Positions 43,640 to 52,370 are shown, counted from the first letter of the stretch. The stretch: DNA of 64,000 nucleotides from Candidatus Uhrbacteria bacterium GW2011_GWC2_41_11 (GCA_000996355.1 LCAH01000003.1:4228-68227), one strand, 5' to 3'. Numbers and translations are program-made. Notes: generated by a model not told the origin, from the sequence alone.

Positions 43640-44584
43640 ATGGGTTTACCCATTGATCGTGCTATCACAGAATTTCTGGAATACCTCGAAGTTGAACGTG
43701 GTCGATCGCCACGTACAATCCGAAATTATGATTTTTATTTGCGACGATTCGCAACCTGGGCTAAACATCCTGACCCATCTGATATTACTGATGCACTCGT
43801 TCGTCGTTTCAGATTATGGCTTAATCGTTCTCTTCCCGGACGAAGAGATGAGACATTAAAAAAGAATACCCAAAATTATCATCTCATTGCCTTGCGTGCA
43901 TTTTTAAAATTTCTTGCAAGACGAGATATAAAAACACTGGCTCCAGAAAAAATTGAACTTGCTAAACAAAGCACTCGAACAGTTGAATTTTTGGAAGCAG
44001 ATGAACTTGATCGACTACTGAAAGCACCATTTGTAAAAAAAGATTCGTTAATTCGTCGTCGTGATAAAGCGATTCTCGAATTATTTTTTTCTACAGGATT
44101 GCGTGTTTCTGAATTGGCAAATTTACACATTGATCAAATTAATGCCGCACGTGACGAATTCACCGTTCGTGGAAAAGGAGACAAGCCGCGTATTGTTTTT
44201 CTCACTCCCGAAGCAAAATCCTGGATGAAACAATATCTTGATTTGCGTCTAGATACACAACCTTATTTATTTGTTTCTCATGATCGAGCTCGCGAAGGAC
44301 GTGAAACCGTTGGCCCACTTACTCCACGTTCCATTGAACGAATGATTCAGCAATATGCAAAAGCGGTTGGTATTACAAAACGCATTACTCCACACACGAT
44401 GCGCCACACCTTTGCAACAGATCTTTTACTCTCTGGCGCAGACATTCGTTCTGTTCAAGCTCTTTTAGGACATGTTTCTATTACAACGACACAGGTTTAT
44501 ACACACATCACGAACAAACAATTGAAAGAAATTCATCATCAATTTCATGGAAAAACTCGCAAAGGAAAAACAAAAAATTCCTAA
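43640..44584 (+). CDS. xerC: tyrosine site-specific recombinase XerC/XerD family
   Basis: R...HxxR...Y catalytic set, including RHTFATDLL and LLGHVSITTTQVYTH. Confidence 0.85.
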   Translation: MGLPIDRAITEFLEYLEVERGRSPRTIRNYDFYLRRFATWAKHPDPSDITDALVRRFRLWLNRSLPGRRDETLKKNTQNYHLIALRAFLKFLARRDIKTLAPEKIELAKQSTRTVEFLEADELDRLLKAPFVKKDSLIRRRDKAILELFFSTGLRVSELANLHIDQINAARDEFTVRGKGDKPRIVFLTPEAKSWMKQYLDLRLDTQPYLFVSHDRAREGRETVGPLTPRSIERMIQQYAKAVGITKRITPHTMRHTFATDLLLSGADIRSVQALLGHVSITTTQVYTHITNKQLKEIHHQFHGKTRKGKTKNS

Positions 44585-45411
44585 CGTGTTAAAAGATATG
44601 CGATGGCCAATCCGCAAGCAAGAAACGGAATAGCTGGAATACCTGACTTGCGTTTTGTGGCAAAAAAAAGATTTACAAAACCTCCAAAAATGGCACCAAA
44701 TAAACACCACAAAGCACGCAGAATTCCAAACTGAACAGAAACAGCTGTAAGAAAAAGCAGGGGAAGAAAAATATCACCGGACCCCATCGCTGACGCAATG
44801 GATTCAGGTTCAGGAGTATCGCGCCAACGAAATATTTTTTTTGGAACGTATAAAAGAAGCGGCGCACCGATATTCATAAATCCGCGCGCAACTTTAGGAA
44901 TTACATTTGTAAACAAAACACCAAAAATGTCGTAAACTGCAAAAATTCCAAGAAGGGTCAGAAAAAAATCTGCCTGATAAAAAACAGCAAATGACATCGC
45001 AGCCGCGAACACACCAGAAAGAACTAAAAGATTGTTTGTGATAAACGATCGATAGGCACGTTCCACATAAACAAGAAGAACACACACCAAAAATGCAACA
45101 AGTGGTTCAATAAAGACAGATAACGTTCCATACACCATGAATCCAAGCAGAATCGAAACAGCAGGAGCAACCAGACGTTTTCGACGAACCAAATACATAA
45201 GACCTAATGCAAAGAGAACGGAAAAAAGAAGCACAGGAGCATTTTCCAAAAAAGTTGGACGATTTCCAAATGATTGAGTAATAGTTTTTTGTGCATGCGG
45301 AAGCGGAAGATAAAAAAAGATAATCCCTGCAAGCCAAGTAAAAATCGAAAAACATTCCAATATAAAAAAACCGCGCAATCGTTCCAATGAGTCTTGAACC
45401 TTTTGATCCAT
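44581..45411 (-). CDS. presenilin/signal-peptide-peptidase family (A22) intramembrane aspartyl protease homolog
   Basis: Polytopic protein with YD motif (AVYDIFGVLF), GxGD motif (AMGSGDIFLP) and a PAL-like PAIPFL segment in consecutive TM helices. Confidence 0.55.
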   Translation of the reverse strand: MDQKVQDSLERLRGFFILECFSIFTWLAGIIFFYLPLPHAQKTITQSFGNRPTFLENAPVLLFSVLFALGLMYLVRRKRLVAPAVSILLGFMVYGTLSVFIEPLVAFLVCVLLVYVERAYRSFITNNLLVLSGVFAAAMSFAVFYQADFFLTLLGIFAVYDIFGVLFTNVIPKVARGFMNIGAPLLLYVPKKIFRWRDTPEPESIASAMGSGDIFLPLLFLTAVSVQFGILRALWCLFGAIFGGFVNLFFATKRKSGIPAIPFLACGLAIAYLLTR

Positions 45412-45434
45412 ATGCGTACAGTGTAACCCAGCGC

Positions 45435-45509
45435 GCCTTGGTAGCTCAATGGATAGAGCAAGGGTCTTCTAAGCCCAAGATGAAGGTCCGATTCCTTCCC
45501 AAGGCACCA
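45435..45509 (+). tRNA. tRNA-Arg (anticodon UCU), CCA encoded
   Basis: gccttggtagctcaatggatagagcaagggtctTCTaagccca...aaggcacca. Confidence 0.75.
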
Positions 45510-45581
45510 AAAATCCGCCGATATATTTCGGCGGATTTTTGTTTGAACAAAAAAAAGACAGCGAAGAACTGTCAAAAAAGA

Positions 45582-46247
45582 TCAATTTAATTTTGTTTCA
45601 TCCAAATCAGAAATGGTGAGATTTTCTAAACTCAAACCCTGAAAAGGATCCAGAAGTCTCCGAAATATCTCATGAGCAATAAGTTCGTTTGTCCATGTAC
45701 TCAATGATGCCTTTGTACGACATCCTGGTACAGTAATAGACACGTTTCCATCCTTTTTGAATGAAAGAGACACAACTCCGTGTAATTCCTCATACCTATG
45801 TGCAACTGGACTCACATTCACAAAAACATGTCCTTCAGCCACAAAAAATCGACTTCGCTCATCCATTTGATCGAATACTTGTTTTACATACCGATCAAAC
45901 GGATAGGCTTGTAATCGATAATGAACAGCACTCATATCCAAGAGTCCAACGAATGCCCAAGACTGAAATAACTTCTGAACAGCAAAATTGTTTCTAAATA
46001 TTTCTCTTGGTTGAACGTCATTTCCCTCCTCATCATGCAAACGAAAAACAACTTCGCTCACACGCATGGATGAGTCGTGCGCTGAACACTCAAGAAAAAT
46101 CGTCTGTGGAGAATTCGAGATCGATAATATCTGTATATATCGATTGATCCTTTGTGTAATTTCCTCGTGATGTGGTGAGGTAAATGACTGTATTTCCAAA
46201 AGACCCTTATTTATCACCCCACGAATTCCAATCGTGAATGTGAACAT
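45582..46247 (-). CDS. hypothetical protein (221 aa), unknown family
   Basis: No recognisable motif. It is immediately downstream, on the same strand, of the fusion gene at 46322..47494, 74 nt away. Confidence 0.4.
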   Translation of the reverse strand: MFTFTIGIRGVINKGLLEIQSFTSPHHEEITQRINRYIQILSISNSPQTIFLECSAHDSSMRVSEVVFRLHDEEGNDVQPREIFRNNFAVQKLFQSWAFVGLLDMSAVHYRLQAYPFDRYVKQVFDQMDERSRFFVAEGHVFVNVSPVAHRYEELHGVVSLSFKKDGNVSITVPGCRTKASLSTWTNELIAHEIFRRLLDPFQGLSLENLTISDLDETKLN

Positions 46248-46321
46248 CTTTCACCTTCCTTTCTGTTTAAAAGGCTCTTGAACTTAACAGAGGAATGGAA
46301 TGAGGTCAAATAAGAGACAAT

Positions 46322-47494
46322 CTATGTGCGCAAAATAGTAGATAAAATCATCCCAAGTGTTGCCCAATCAATTTCATTTTGATGAGGAGAAAGAAGATCA
46401 GAAATTTTCCAGAGTTCAATATAGGTTCGTTCTGAGTCGTTTATGACCCCGTGTACCTTTTGTTCGCGTGCCTGTTCCTGTAAACAGAAAAATTCATCAT
46501 CTGATAACTTAACGGAAAATAGATGAGCCTTATGTGCAGATAATGTTCCAGACGTTTGTCTGCTTTCGTGACAACAGACACGGCTTGGATCAAGAGATAA
46601 TCCAATTTCTTCCTTTACTTCCTCCAATGCTAAAGACAAAAAATCTTGAGGAATAAAAGAAGATCCTCCTGGAATTTCATGAATACATCCATCAGACGTA
46701 CTTGCAGGACTTCGAAATTCTCGGATAAAAACAACATCCGTATCTAAAAATGATTCAGTCTGATGATACAAAACAACAACGGAAATATCCGGACGTGCAA
46801 TGACTACTTCATTTGTTTTATGTCTATCCTCACTTGCAATGTAAATATCAACATGAAGAACCCAAAAAAATAAAGTATGTCGTTCATCTCCAGCAAAAAA
46901 TGCCCATTCCTGTTTTGCTCCATCCAGTCGATTTCCTACTTTTTTCTGTGTTTGATACCACTGTTGAAAAGAAGGAGCCTGCCAAATATGAAAAGGGATG
47001 TTGCATTCTCCCCCGGATCGAAGAGTCCCTTCACCGATTTTAGCGACTGCGGTTGCAATCGTTTCAGACAATGTATGATTTTGTGGAATAAATAACCGAT
47101 CTGCATAAAAACTCAGATATCGATTATGGTCAGATTCCGGAGGAAATCCCAAAACGACTTTTCCAGATCTTTCCCAACGACCGAATTCAATATTGGTTGT
47201 GAGACCAGGAAGCGTTTTCATGTTACGCGGGATCCAAAACAGAATGATGTCGGAACGATTGAGGGCTTCATCTTCCCAGCGAACCTGATCCTCAAAAGAA
47301 GGCCATTTTTCATCACGTGGTTCTGGAACAAAAACAACTCCTTCATATCCTTGCTCTTCCAAAATACGAAGTGCTTCCAAACGCCAAGAAACAACATCCG
47401 ATGTTCTTGATGTTGGACCTGCTAAAAAAAGAGATTGTTTGAATGCGGTTGGAAGAGGATCAGTCGAATAAACAGGAATCATAAAATATTTCAA
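46322..47494 (-). CDS. fusion protein: nucleoside 2-deoxyribosyltransferase/DNPH1-like N-glycosidase domain + Nudix hydrolase domain
   Basis: N-domain: LFLAGPTSR ... SDIILFWIP ... LTTNIEFGRW resemble the N-terminal Rossmann and catalytic-Glu motifs of nucleoside 2-deoxyribosyltransferases. C-domain: Nudix box GGSSFIPQDFLSLALEEVKEEIGL. Confidence 0.55.
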   Translation of the reverse strand: MKYFMIPVYSTDPLPTAFKQSLFLAGPTSRTSDVVSWRLEALRILEEQGYEGVVFVPEPRDEKWPSFEDQVRWEDEALNRSDIILFWIPRNMKTLPGLTTNIEFGRWERSGKVVLGFPPESDHNRYLSFYADRLFIPQNHTLSETIATAVAKIGEGTLRSGGECNIPFHIWQAPSFQQWYQTQKKVGNRLDGAKQEWAFFAGDERHTLFFWVLHVDIYIASEDRHKTNEVVIARPDISVVVLYHQTESFLDTDVVFIREFRSPASTSDGCIHEIPGGSSFIPQDFLSLALEEVKEEIGLSLDPSRVCCHESRQTSGTLSAHKAHLFSVKLSDDEFFCLQEQAREQKVHGVINDSERTYIELWKISDLLSPHQNEIDWATLGMILSTILRT

Positions 47495-47579
47495 AACCTT
47501 AGCTCAAATGTATCTTAATATACTTTCTCCATTTTTTACACTTTCTATCTTTATAAATACTCATAATTGTCACATACTA

Positions 47580-47608
47580 TTGACAAAATATTTTAATTGT
47601 GATATTCT
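47580..47608 (+). promoter_or_regulatory. near-consensus sigma70 promoter with extended -10
   Basis: TTGACA, a 17-nt spacer, then TGaTATTCT. Followed by AGGAGG 7 nt before the ATG at 47675. Confidence 0.6.
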
Positions 47609-47674
47609 TAACCGTTCGTTCTTTGGTCGTTATTTCAAAAAAATGGGTCCAAATGACCCACACAGGAGGTTTTC

Positions 47675-48505
47675 ATGTTTCACGCGACTGCCCCACGCCA
47701 CGAAACCACCAATTTTGTCGCTCTCGTCAGCGACCTCGAAGGGTTTCTTTTCAACGGAATCCTCGGTAGGTCACTAACCAAACGACAATATCCCGCGATC
47801 GACAGCGAGTTGATCGCGGCGCGACGAGCCTTCCGCAACGATCCGACCGGTCTCGAGGCGTTCAACAATGCCCGATTCTCGGCCGGCGAGGATGAACTCG
47901 AAATCTACCAGGTTTCGAGCGATATCGTTCTTGCCTGGTACGCCGAGTATCAGGCCGAGCAGGCTCACAAAGCCGCGGAGCTGGCCGAGATCGAGGCAGC
48001 CAAGCAGCTTGCTGCTGAAACCGCTCGAATCGAGGCCGAAAAGCTCGAGGCTGAGCAGAAGGCTGCTGAAGCCAAGGTTGAGCAGGAACGGCAGGCGAAG
48101 ATGCGTCGCAACGCCCTGCTCCAGGCCGGAGCCGTCTGTACGTGTGGCAACTGTCACACGCAGATGGTTGTCCGATATGGACGTTTGCCGTCCGTCGGAT
48201 TCATGCGGCAAGAGCTCGGTCGCGAGCCGACTGTGGCGGATCTGACGAAGTTCGTCCGGTTCGCAGGTCACGCTGGTTCGCGAGGATATCCGTTCGAAGA
48301 TATCCTCGACGAGGTTCTCTCAAGTGAGAATCAGGCGACCCCGGCTGCTCCGAAATCGACGGTGCAGGCAAAGCAGCCGGCGGCCGCCCAGTCGATGTTC
48401 CGCAAATCAACCACCACCCCCCCGGCCAAGGCTGAAAAACCGCGGTCGGTCAGTGGATTCGGAAGCCTGGGGAGTCTCTTCCCCACGGTTGCCAAAATTT
48501 TCTAA
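47675..48505 (+). CDS. GC-rich (~60%) hypothetical coiled-coil protein with CxCGxC motif; likely horizontally acquired
   Basis: 276-aa ORF whose composition is very different from its flanks. A/E/K-rich heptad segment and CTCGNCH. Several overlapping antisense ORFs are open-frame artefacts of the high GC. Confidence 0.55.
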   Translation: MFHATAPRHETTNFVALVSDLEGFLFNGILGRSLTKRQYPAIDSELIAARRAFRNDPTGLEAFNNARFSAGEDELEIYQVSSDIVLAWYAEYQAEQAHKAAELAEIEAAKQLAAETARIEAEKLEAEQKAAEAKVEQERQAKMRRNALLQAGAVCTCGNCHTQMVVRYGRLPSVGFMRQELGREPTVADLTKFVRFAGHAGSRGYPFEDILDEVLSSENQATPAAPKSTVQAKQPAAAQSMFRKSTTTPPAKAEKPRSVSGFGSLGSLFPTVAKIF

Positions 48506-48510
48506 AACCT

Positions 48511-48552
48511 AAGTCGTCCGTGCAGTTTCTTGCATCGGACGACTTTTGTTTT
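48511..48552 (+). terminator. rho-independent terminator of GC-rich gene
   Basis: agtcgtccgtgcagtttcttgcatcggacgact followed by TTTTGTTTT. Confidence 0.65.
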
Positions 48553-48588
48553 AATAAGAATTTTTTCATTTTGCCCATTTTGGGCTTA

Positions 48589-48656
48589 CCATGCACCATC
48601 TGGTGCATGGCTTACGGGGACCCCAGTTTTTCTCGCTGTACTTGATTGAGTACAGC
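48589..48656. repeat. two perfect palindromes in intergenic region
   Basis: ccatgcacca-tc-tggtgcatgg (10-bp arms) and gctgtact-tgattg-agtacagc (8-bp arms). Confidence 0.5.
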
Positions 48657-48683
48657 TCGATAAAACTCTATTATATATAAAAA

Positions 48684-48704
48684 CTTGGTGCTGATTACAC
48701 CAAG
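48684..48704 (-). terminator. terminator hairpin of sigma-factor gene, overlapping its stop codon
   Basis: cttggtgctgattacaccaag with the TAA in the loop. T-run on the minus strand (tttttatatata). Confidence 0.55.
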
Positions 48705-49759
48705 CTTACAATTTTCTGAAGTTCCTCTGCGGTTCGAATGAGGCGAAACATTCTTGCCCGAGGCACACCCGTTATCCTCTCAAGTCTCTTTAACTCAAGA
48801 TTTTCTATTTGTCGAACACGTTCTTTTGAAAGATCAAAACGATCTCCCAAACTTTTTAGTGTTTCTTTTTCATACCCAGGTAACCCGAGCCGATGTCGAA
48901 CAATAACCGCTGAACGTTCATGAAATTTGGAAATGCATTGATCAATTCTTCCGAGTTCCAGAAGAATTTCTTCCAGACGTTGTTTTACCTCCATCCAAAC
49001 GTCCTGCGGACAAACTTGCGGATCAGGAATCATATCGTAGAGCCACGAGGTGTCCGAGGTATCTTCTGCATGAGGAGAAGAGTCTAAAGAAACAACATGT
49101 TCATTCAACATAATCAATATTCGCTCCACATCCGCACGTTCAGGAGACTTTTTCTTTTTGACTGGTTTGTCTGTTGATTTCCATCCAGTCTTTTTCCAAC
49201 GTTCTTCAGCCTTATGTTGCTGTTCCTCTAAAACAACATGAAGAATTTCCTCTGAACTTGGATTTCTTCCCAAGTGTTGAAATAACCGTTGCTGAATGAC
49301 CTGAACCTCGAAAAAGACACGCTGTATTCCAGATGGACATCGGATGAGACCTCCATTCCATGCTTCTTTGGATTGAGCCCGAATAATCATGGCGCGAATC
49401 CACCAATCAGCGTATGTCCCAAAATGTACCTCACGACGGAAATCAAATCTTGTTGCAGCAACGAGCAAACCAATGTTTCCCTCTTGAATACGATCCATAA
49501 ATGGAAGACGATGACCAAATCGTCCGGCAATATAAATCACAAGAGGAAGATTATGAACAGCCACTTTCCATCGTAGACGAATATTTTCCTCAGGCGATGA
49601 TTCCTCCGCTTCGACAAAACAAGCCTGCTCTTCTTGAAAAGATAGACGTCGATAGTGACTCATAGATCTTTTATATCGAATAAAAAGATCCGAGGTTTCG
49701 AAATTTTTGAGGTCTTCCTTATCAATTTCTTCCGAAAACATGACAATTGTTTGATCCAT
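48695..49759 (-). CDS. RNA polymerase sigma-70 family factor (RpoD-like; regions 2-4, K-rich insertion)
   Basis: Region 2 IYIAGRFGHRLPFMDRIQEGNIGLLVAATRFDFRREVHFGTYADWWIR. Region 4 HTH LKSLGDRFDLSKERVRQIENLELKRL. ATG at 49759 with a GGAGG RBS. Confidence 0.75.
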   Translation of the reverse strand: MDQTIVMFSEEIDKEDLKNFETSDLFIRYKRSMSHYRRLSFQEEQACFVEAEESSPEENIRLRWKVAVHNLPLVIYIAGRFGHRLPFMDRIQEGNIGLLVAATRFDFRREVHFGTYADWWIRAMIIRAQSKEAWNGGLIRCPSGIQRVFFEVQVIQQRLFQHLGRNPSSEEILHVVLEEQQHKAEERWKKTGWKSTDKPVKKKKSPERADVERILIMLNEHVVSLDSSPHAEDTSDTSWLYDMIPDPQVCPQDVWMEVKQRLEEILLELGRIDQCISKFHERSAVIVRHRLGLPGYEKETLKSLGDRFDLSKERVRQIENLELKRLERITGVPRARMFRLIRTAEELQKIVSLV

Positions 49760-49905
49760 GTCTGACCTCCAAAAAAAGGAGAATATTTCTTTGTAAAAAG
49801 AAACGAAAATTCTGAAAAAATCAGAATAAGGATATCTAGCCAAAAAATGAAGAAAAAATCAACCCAAACAAAAAATCCCTCCATTTAATAAAGAGAGATT
49901 CTTTG

Positions 49906-49981
49906 TGGGGCGATCACCGGGAATCGAACCCGGATCAGGAGAGCCACAATCTCCTGTGTTAACCATTACACCATGACCGCC
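49906..49981 (-). tRNA. tRNA-His (anticodon GUG) with extra 5' G
   Basis: Reverse complement ggcggtcatggtgtaatggttaacacaggagattGTGgctctcctg...cccca. Confidence 0.85.
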
Positions 49982-50128
49982 GTGTTGTTTGTGTCAAATA
50001 CTGTCAACTTGGCAAAGAATACGTGAAATAAAACCTTCTGTCAATTCGTTTAAAAGAAAGAAGTTTGTTATCTTTACGTCTTTTATTCCTTCTTGTACCC
50101 TAATGGCACATTGTGAGAGGATCTACAT

Positions 50129-51178
50129 ATGAAATCTTTTTTCGTCTTTTTCTTTCTTGGTCTCGCCCTGATTGGAACAGGTTGTTTTCAGCCGTCTCGC
50201 CCATCCTTAATCACCTCTCCAGAATTAAAACAAGAACAACAAACAGTTAAAATAACTGGGATTATAAAATCTGTAAATACGCAGGAAAATACACTAGTCC
50301 TCGAATTTGCGAATGGAACAAAAGAATCCATTCATCTTGAAGAATCAACTGGCATTATTATTGATGGAAGAGAAGAACAAACCCTATCAAAAGTACAACC
50401 GGAAATGCTGGCAGAAATTTTTGGAACACGAAATGCAGCAACGCTTGAAACAATAGCCCGAACGATTCGAATCGCCGTTTCAAACAATCTTGTTGTTTTG
50501 TCTCCGAATACAGGAGCAACTGTTACATCTCCACTCCTTATTGAGGGATTTGCACGTATTTTTGAAAATGTTTATGAGTGGCGTATAAAAGATGCTTCTG
50601 GAGCAATAAAACTCAACGGTTTTGACATGACTTCAGCAAAAAATCCTGGGACATTTGGATCATTTCATTTAGAAATTTTCCTCCCGGCCATGGAACAACA
50701 GGAATTTACTCTTGAATTATTTACTTCATCTCCAAAAGATGGAACAGAAGAAAATCTTGTTTCTATTCCTTTACACCTCTTGTCCATATCAACAACAACC
50801 TTTCAATCTTTCTTTCCAAACGTGCGTCTAAATACAGAAAAAAACTGCAATACCGTATACCCTGTTTCACGAACAGTTGCAGAAACTGCTGCCGTTGGCC
50901 GCACATCGCTTTATACCCTTCTCAAAGGTCCGACAGAACAAGAACAAACAATTGGATATGAAAATATCTTCTCACCTGAAAATTCCATTTATTCTCTTAT
51001 TATTAGTGGAGGTGTAGCAACGGTAGATATTCCTTCATCTCTCATTCAACCATTGAATACTTGTGAACAAAAAACACTCCATTCGCAAATAAGAGAAACG
51101 CTTCTTCAATTTCCTTCCATTTCCGATGTCCAAATTATTCTGGATCACCATCCGGACTCTATCTTCTCCGTTTCATAA
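50129..51178 (+). CDS. putative lipoprotein with Gmad2 (Ig-like) and GerMN domains
   Basis: Signal peptide ending ...LIGTGC. The N-terminal domain resembles Gmad2 and the C-terminal region resembles GerMN (LLKGPTEQEQTIGYENIF...). Confidence 0.5.
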   Translation: MKSFFVFFFLGLALIGTGCFQPSRPSLITSPELKQEQQTVKITGIIKSVNTQENTLVLEFANGTKESIHLEESTGIIIDGREEQTLSKVQPEMLAEIFGTRNAATLETIARTIRIAVSNNLVVLSPNTGATVTSPLLIEGFARIFENVYEWRIKDASGAIKLNGFDMTSAKNPGTFGSFHLEIFLPAMEQQEFTLELFTSSPKDGTEENLVSIPLHLLSISTTTFQSFFPNVRLNTEKNCNTVYPVSRTVAETAAVGRTSLYTLLKGPTEQEQTIGYENIFSPENSIYSLIISGGVATVDIPSSLIQPLNTCEQKTLHSQIRETLLQFPSISDVQIILDHHPDSIFSVS

Positions 51179-51190
51179 AAAAGTTAAAAA

Positions 51191-51220
51191 ATAGCCAAAA
51201 ATAAGGCTATTTTTTATTTA
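51191..51220 (+). terminator. terminator after lipoprotein gene
   Basis: atagccaaaaataaggctat followed by TTTTTATTT. Confidence 0.55.
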
Positions 51221-51225
51221 AATGA

Positions 51226-51254
51226 TTGACAAAAACCGCCATGACGCGTAGCAT
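51226..51254 (+). promoter_or_regulatory. sigma70 promoter of orphan gene 51300..52334
   Basis: TTGACA, a 17-nt spacer, then TAGCAT. Confidence 0.55.
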
Positions 51255-51299
51255 CCTTGGGTCATGTTGAAAAAAACAACCTAAGAAAGGAAAATGTGA

Positions 51300-52334
51300 A
51301 TGACTCGCACATCGTTCTTTGAAGCGATTGTGGATGGTCCTGAACATGCCACAGCTTTTGTCAAAGGTGTATTAGAACACCCCTTACGTCTTGTGAGTGC
51401 GGCTGTAGAGAAAACACCTGAAGCACGTGTTCATCTTGTATTTGATACTCATCGCATCGGATCCCATATGGAACTTGTGCGAGCTTATTCCTCGCAAATC
51501 AAAATGACAGAAAACCCAAGCGCACCAGAAGGGTTTACTCCATGTACGTGGATTGGTCGAGACAGATGGACAGGGATAACATTTGTTGCAACAGATATCT
51601 CAGCAAAAGAGAATCCGAATTTTCCTGTATTTGCCAACATGATGGAATCAATCATGTTTGGAAAAAATGCGGGTCAATACAGGGAAAATATCCTGTTTTG
51701 GTCCAGACCTGAACGGTGTATTCTCTTTGGTCGTCTCAAAGAGGATACAACCTGGATGCGTGTCCCTGTTTCAGGAAAACATCGGGTTCAATTTGGTCTC
51801 CAAAATGGCATTCTTGTCTCTGGTGAATATCGAGGACAATATCTTATGGGAATTGGAACACACCACATTCTCCAATTTCTTAAAGGGAATCGTTACCTCC
51901 CATGGAGTCGCATCAGCGAGGTTCCAGGAGGCCTGGCATTTCTCGGACGCGGTCCGGATGAAGCGCTTCTCTTGAATTTCTATCAGATGTATGGGTTTGG
52001 TTATGCTCTTATTCTTCCTTATTGGAATGAAAATGGACATCCAACCATTGTTTTCAGACAAATGATTCGAGCTGAAATACCAAAAGATGCATGGGTTTAT
52101 AACCATGTTCTTGTTGGGATGACGGCTGGGGTAAAAAACAGACACCCAATGACACTCGCTCTTTTGGAAAGAGATGATCCATTTCCTGACGGGCTTCGAT
52201 TTATTCCTCAAAATGAATGGCCAGAACCCATTCAAAGATTTCTTATTCAGGAAAGTGAAAAACCACTTTCTATACAGGTGAATATTCAACCACCTGCATT
52301 CACCTCTCGAATGCCAAACATCGCTTTGGCGTAA
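51300..52334 (+). CDS. orphan cytoplasmic hypothetical protein (344 aa)
   Basis: Monocistronic, with its own promoter and terminator. No motif I recognise. Confidence 0.5.
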   Translation: MTRTSFFEAIVDGPEHATAFVKGVLEHPLRLVSAAVEKTPEARVHLVFDTHRIGSHMELVRAYSSQIKMTENPSAPEGFTPCTWIGRDRWTGITFVATDISAKENPNFPVFANMMESIMFGKNAGQYRENILFWSRPERCILFGRLKEDTTWMRVPVSGKHRVQFGLQNGILVSGEYRGQYLMGIGTHHILQFLKGNRYLPWSRISEVPGGLAFLGRGPDEALLLNFYQMYGFGYALILPYWNENGHPTIVFRQMIRAEIPKDAWVYNHVLVGMTAGVKNRHPMTLALLERDDPFPDGLRFIPQNEWPEPIQRFLIQESEKPLSIQVNIQPPAFTSRMPNIALA

Positions 52335-52344
52335 TACCACACTA

Positions 52345-52370
52345 TACCGCGCAACCTTGCGCGGTTTTTT
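52345..52370 (+). terminator. rho-independent terminator
   Basis: ccgcgcaaccttgcgcgg followed by TTTTTT. Confidence 0.7.

Noticed and set aside
45204-45590. ORFs overlapping tRNA-Arg(UCU)
   Set aside because: Overlap the tRNA and the presenilin-like gene end. These are artefacts.
47680-48512. Multiple overlapping ORFs on both strands (47774..48271-, 47868..48245+, 47965..48150-, 48142..48327+, 48201..48410-, 48324..48512+)
   Set aside because: Open frames are expected by chance in a ~60% GC segment. Only the 47675..48505 frame has a promoter, SD and terminator.
48591-48683. 30-aa sORF MHHLVHGLRGPQFFSLYLIEYSSIKLYYI spanning the palindromes
   Set aside because: No SD. The sequence is dictated by palindromic DNA and is likely non-coding.
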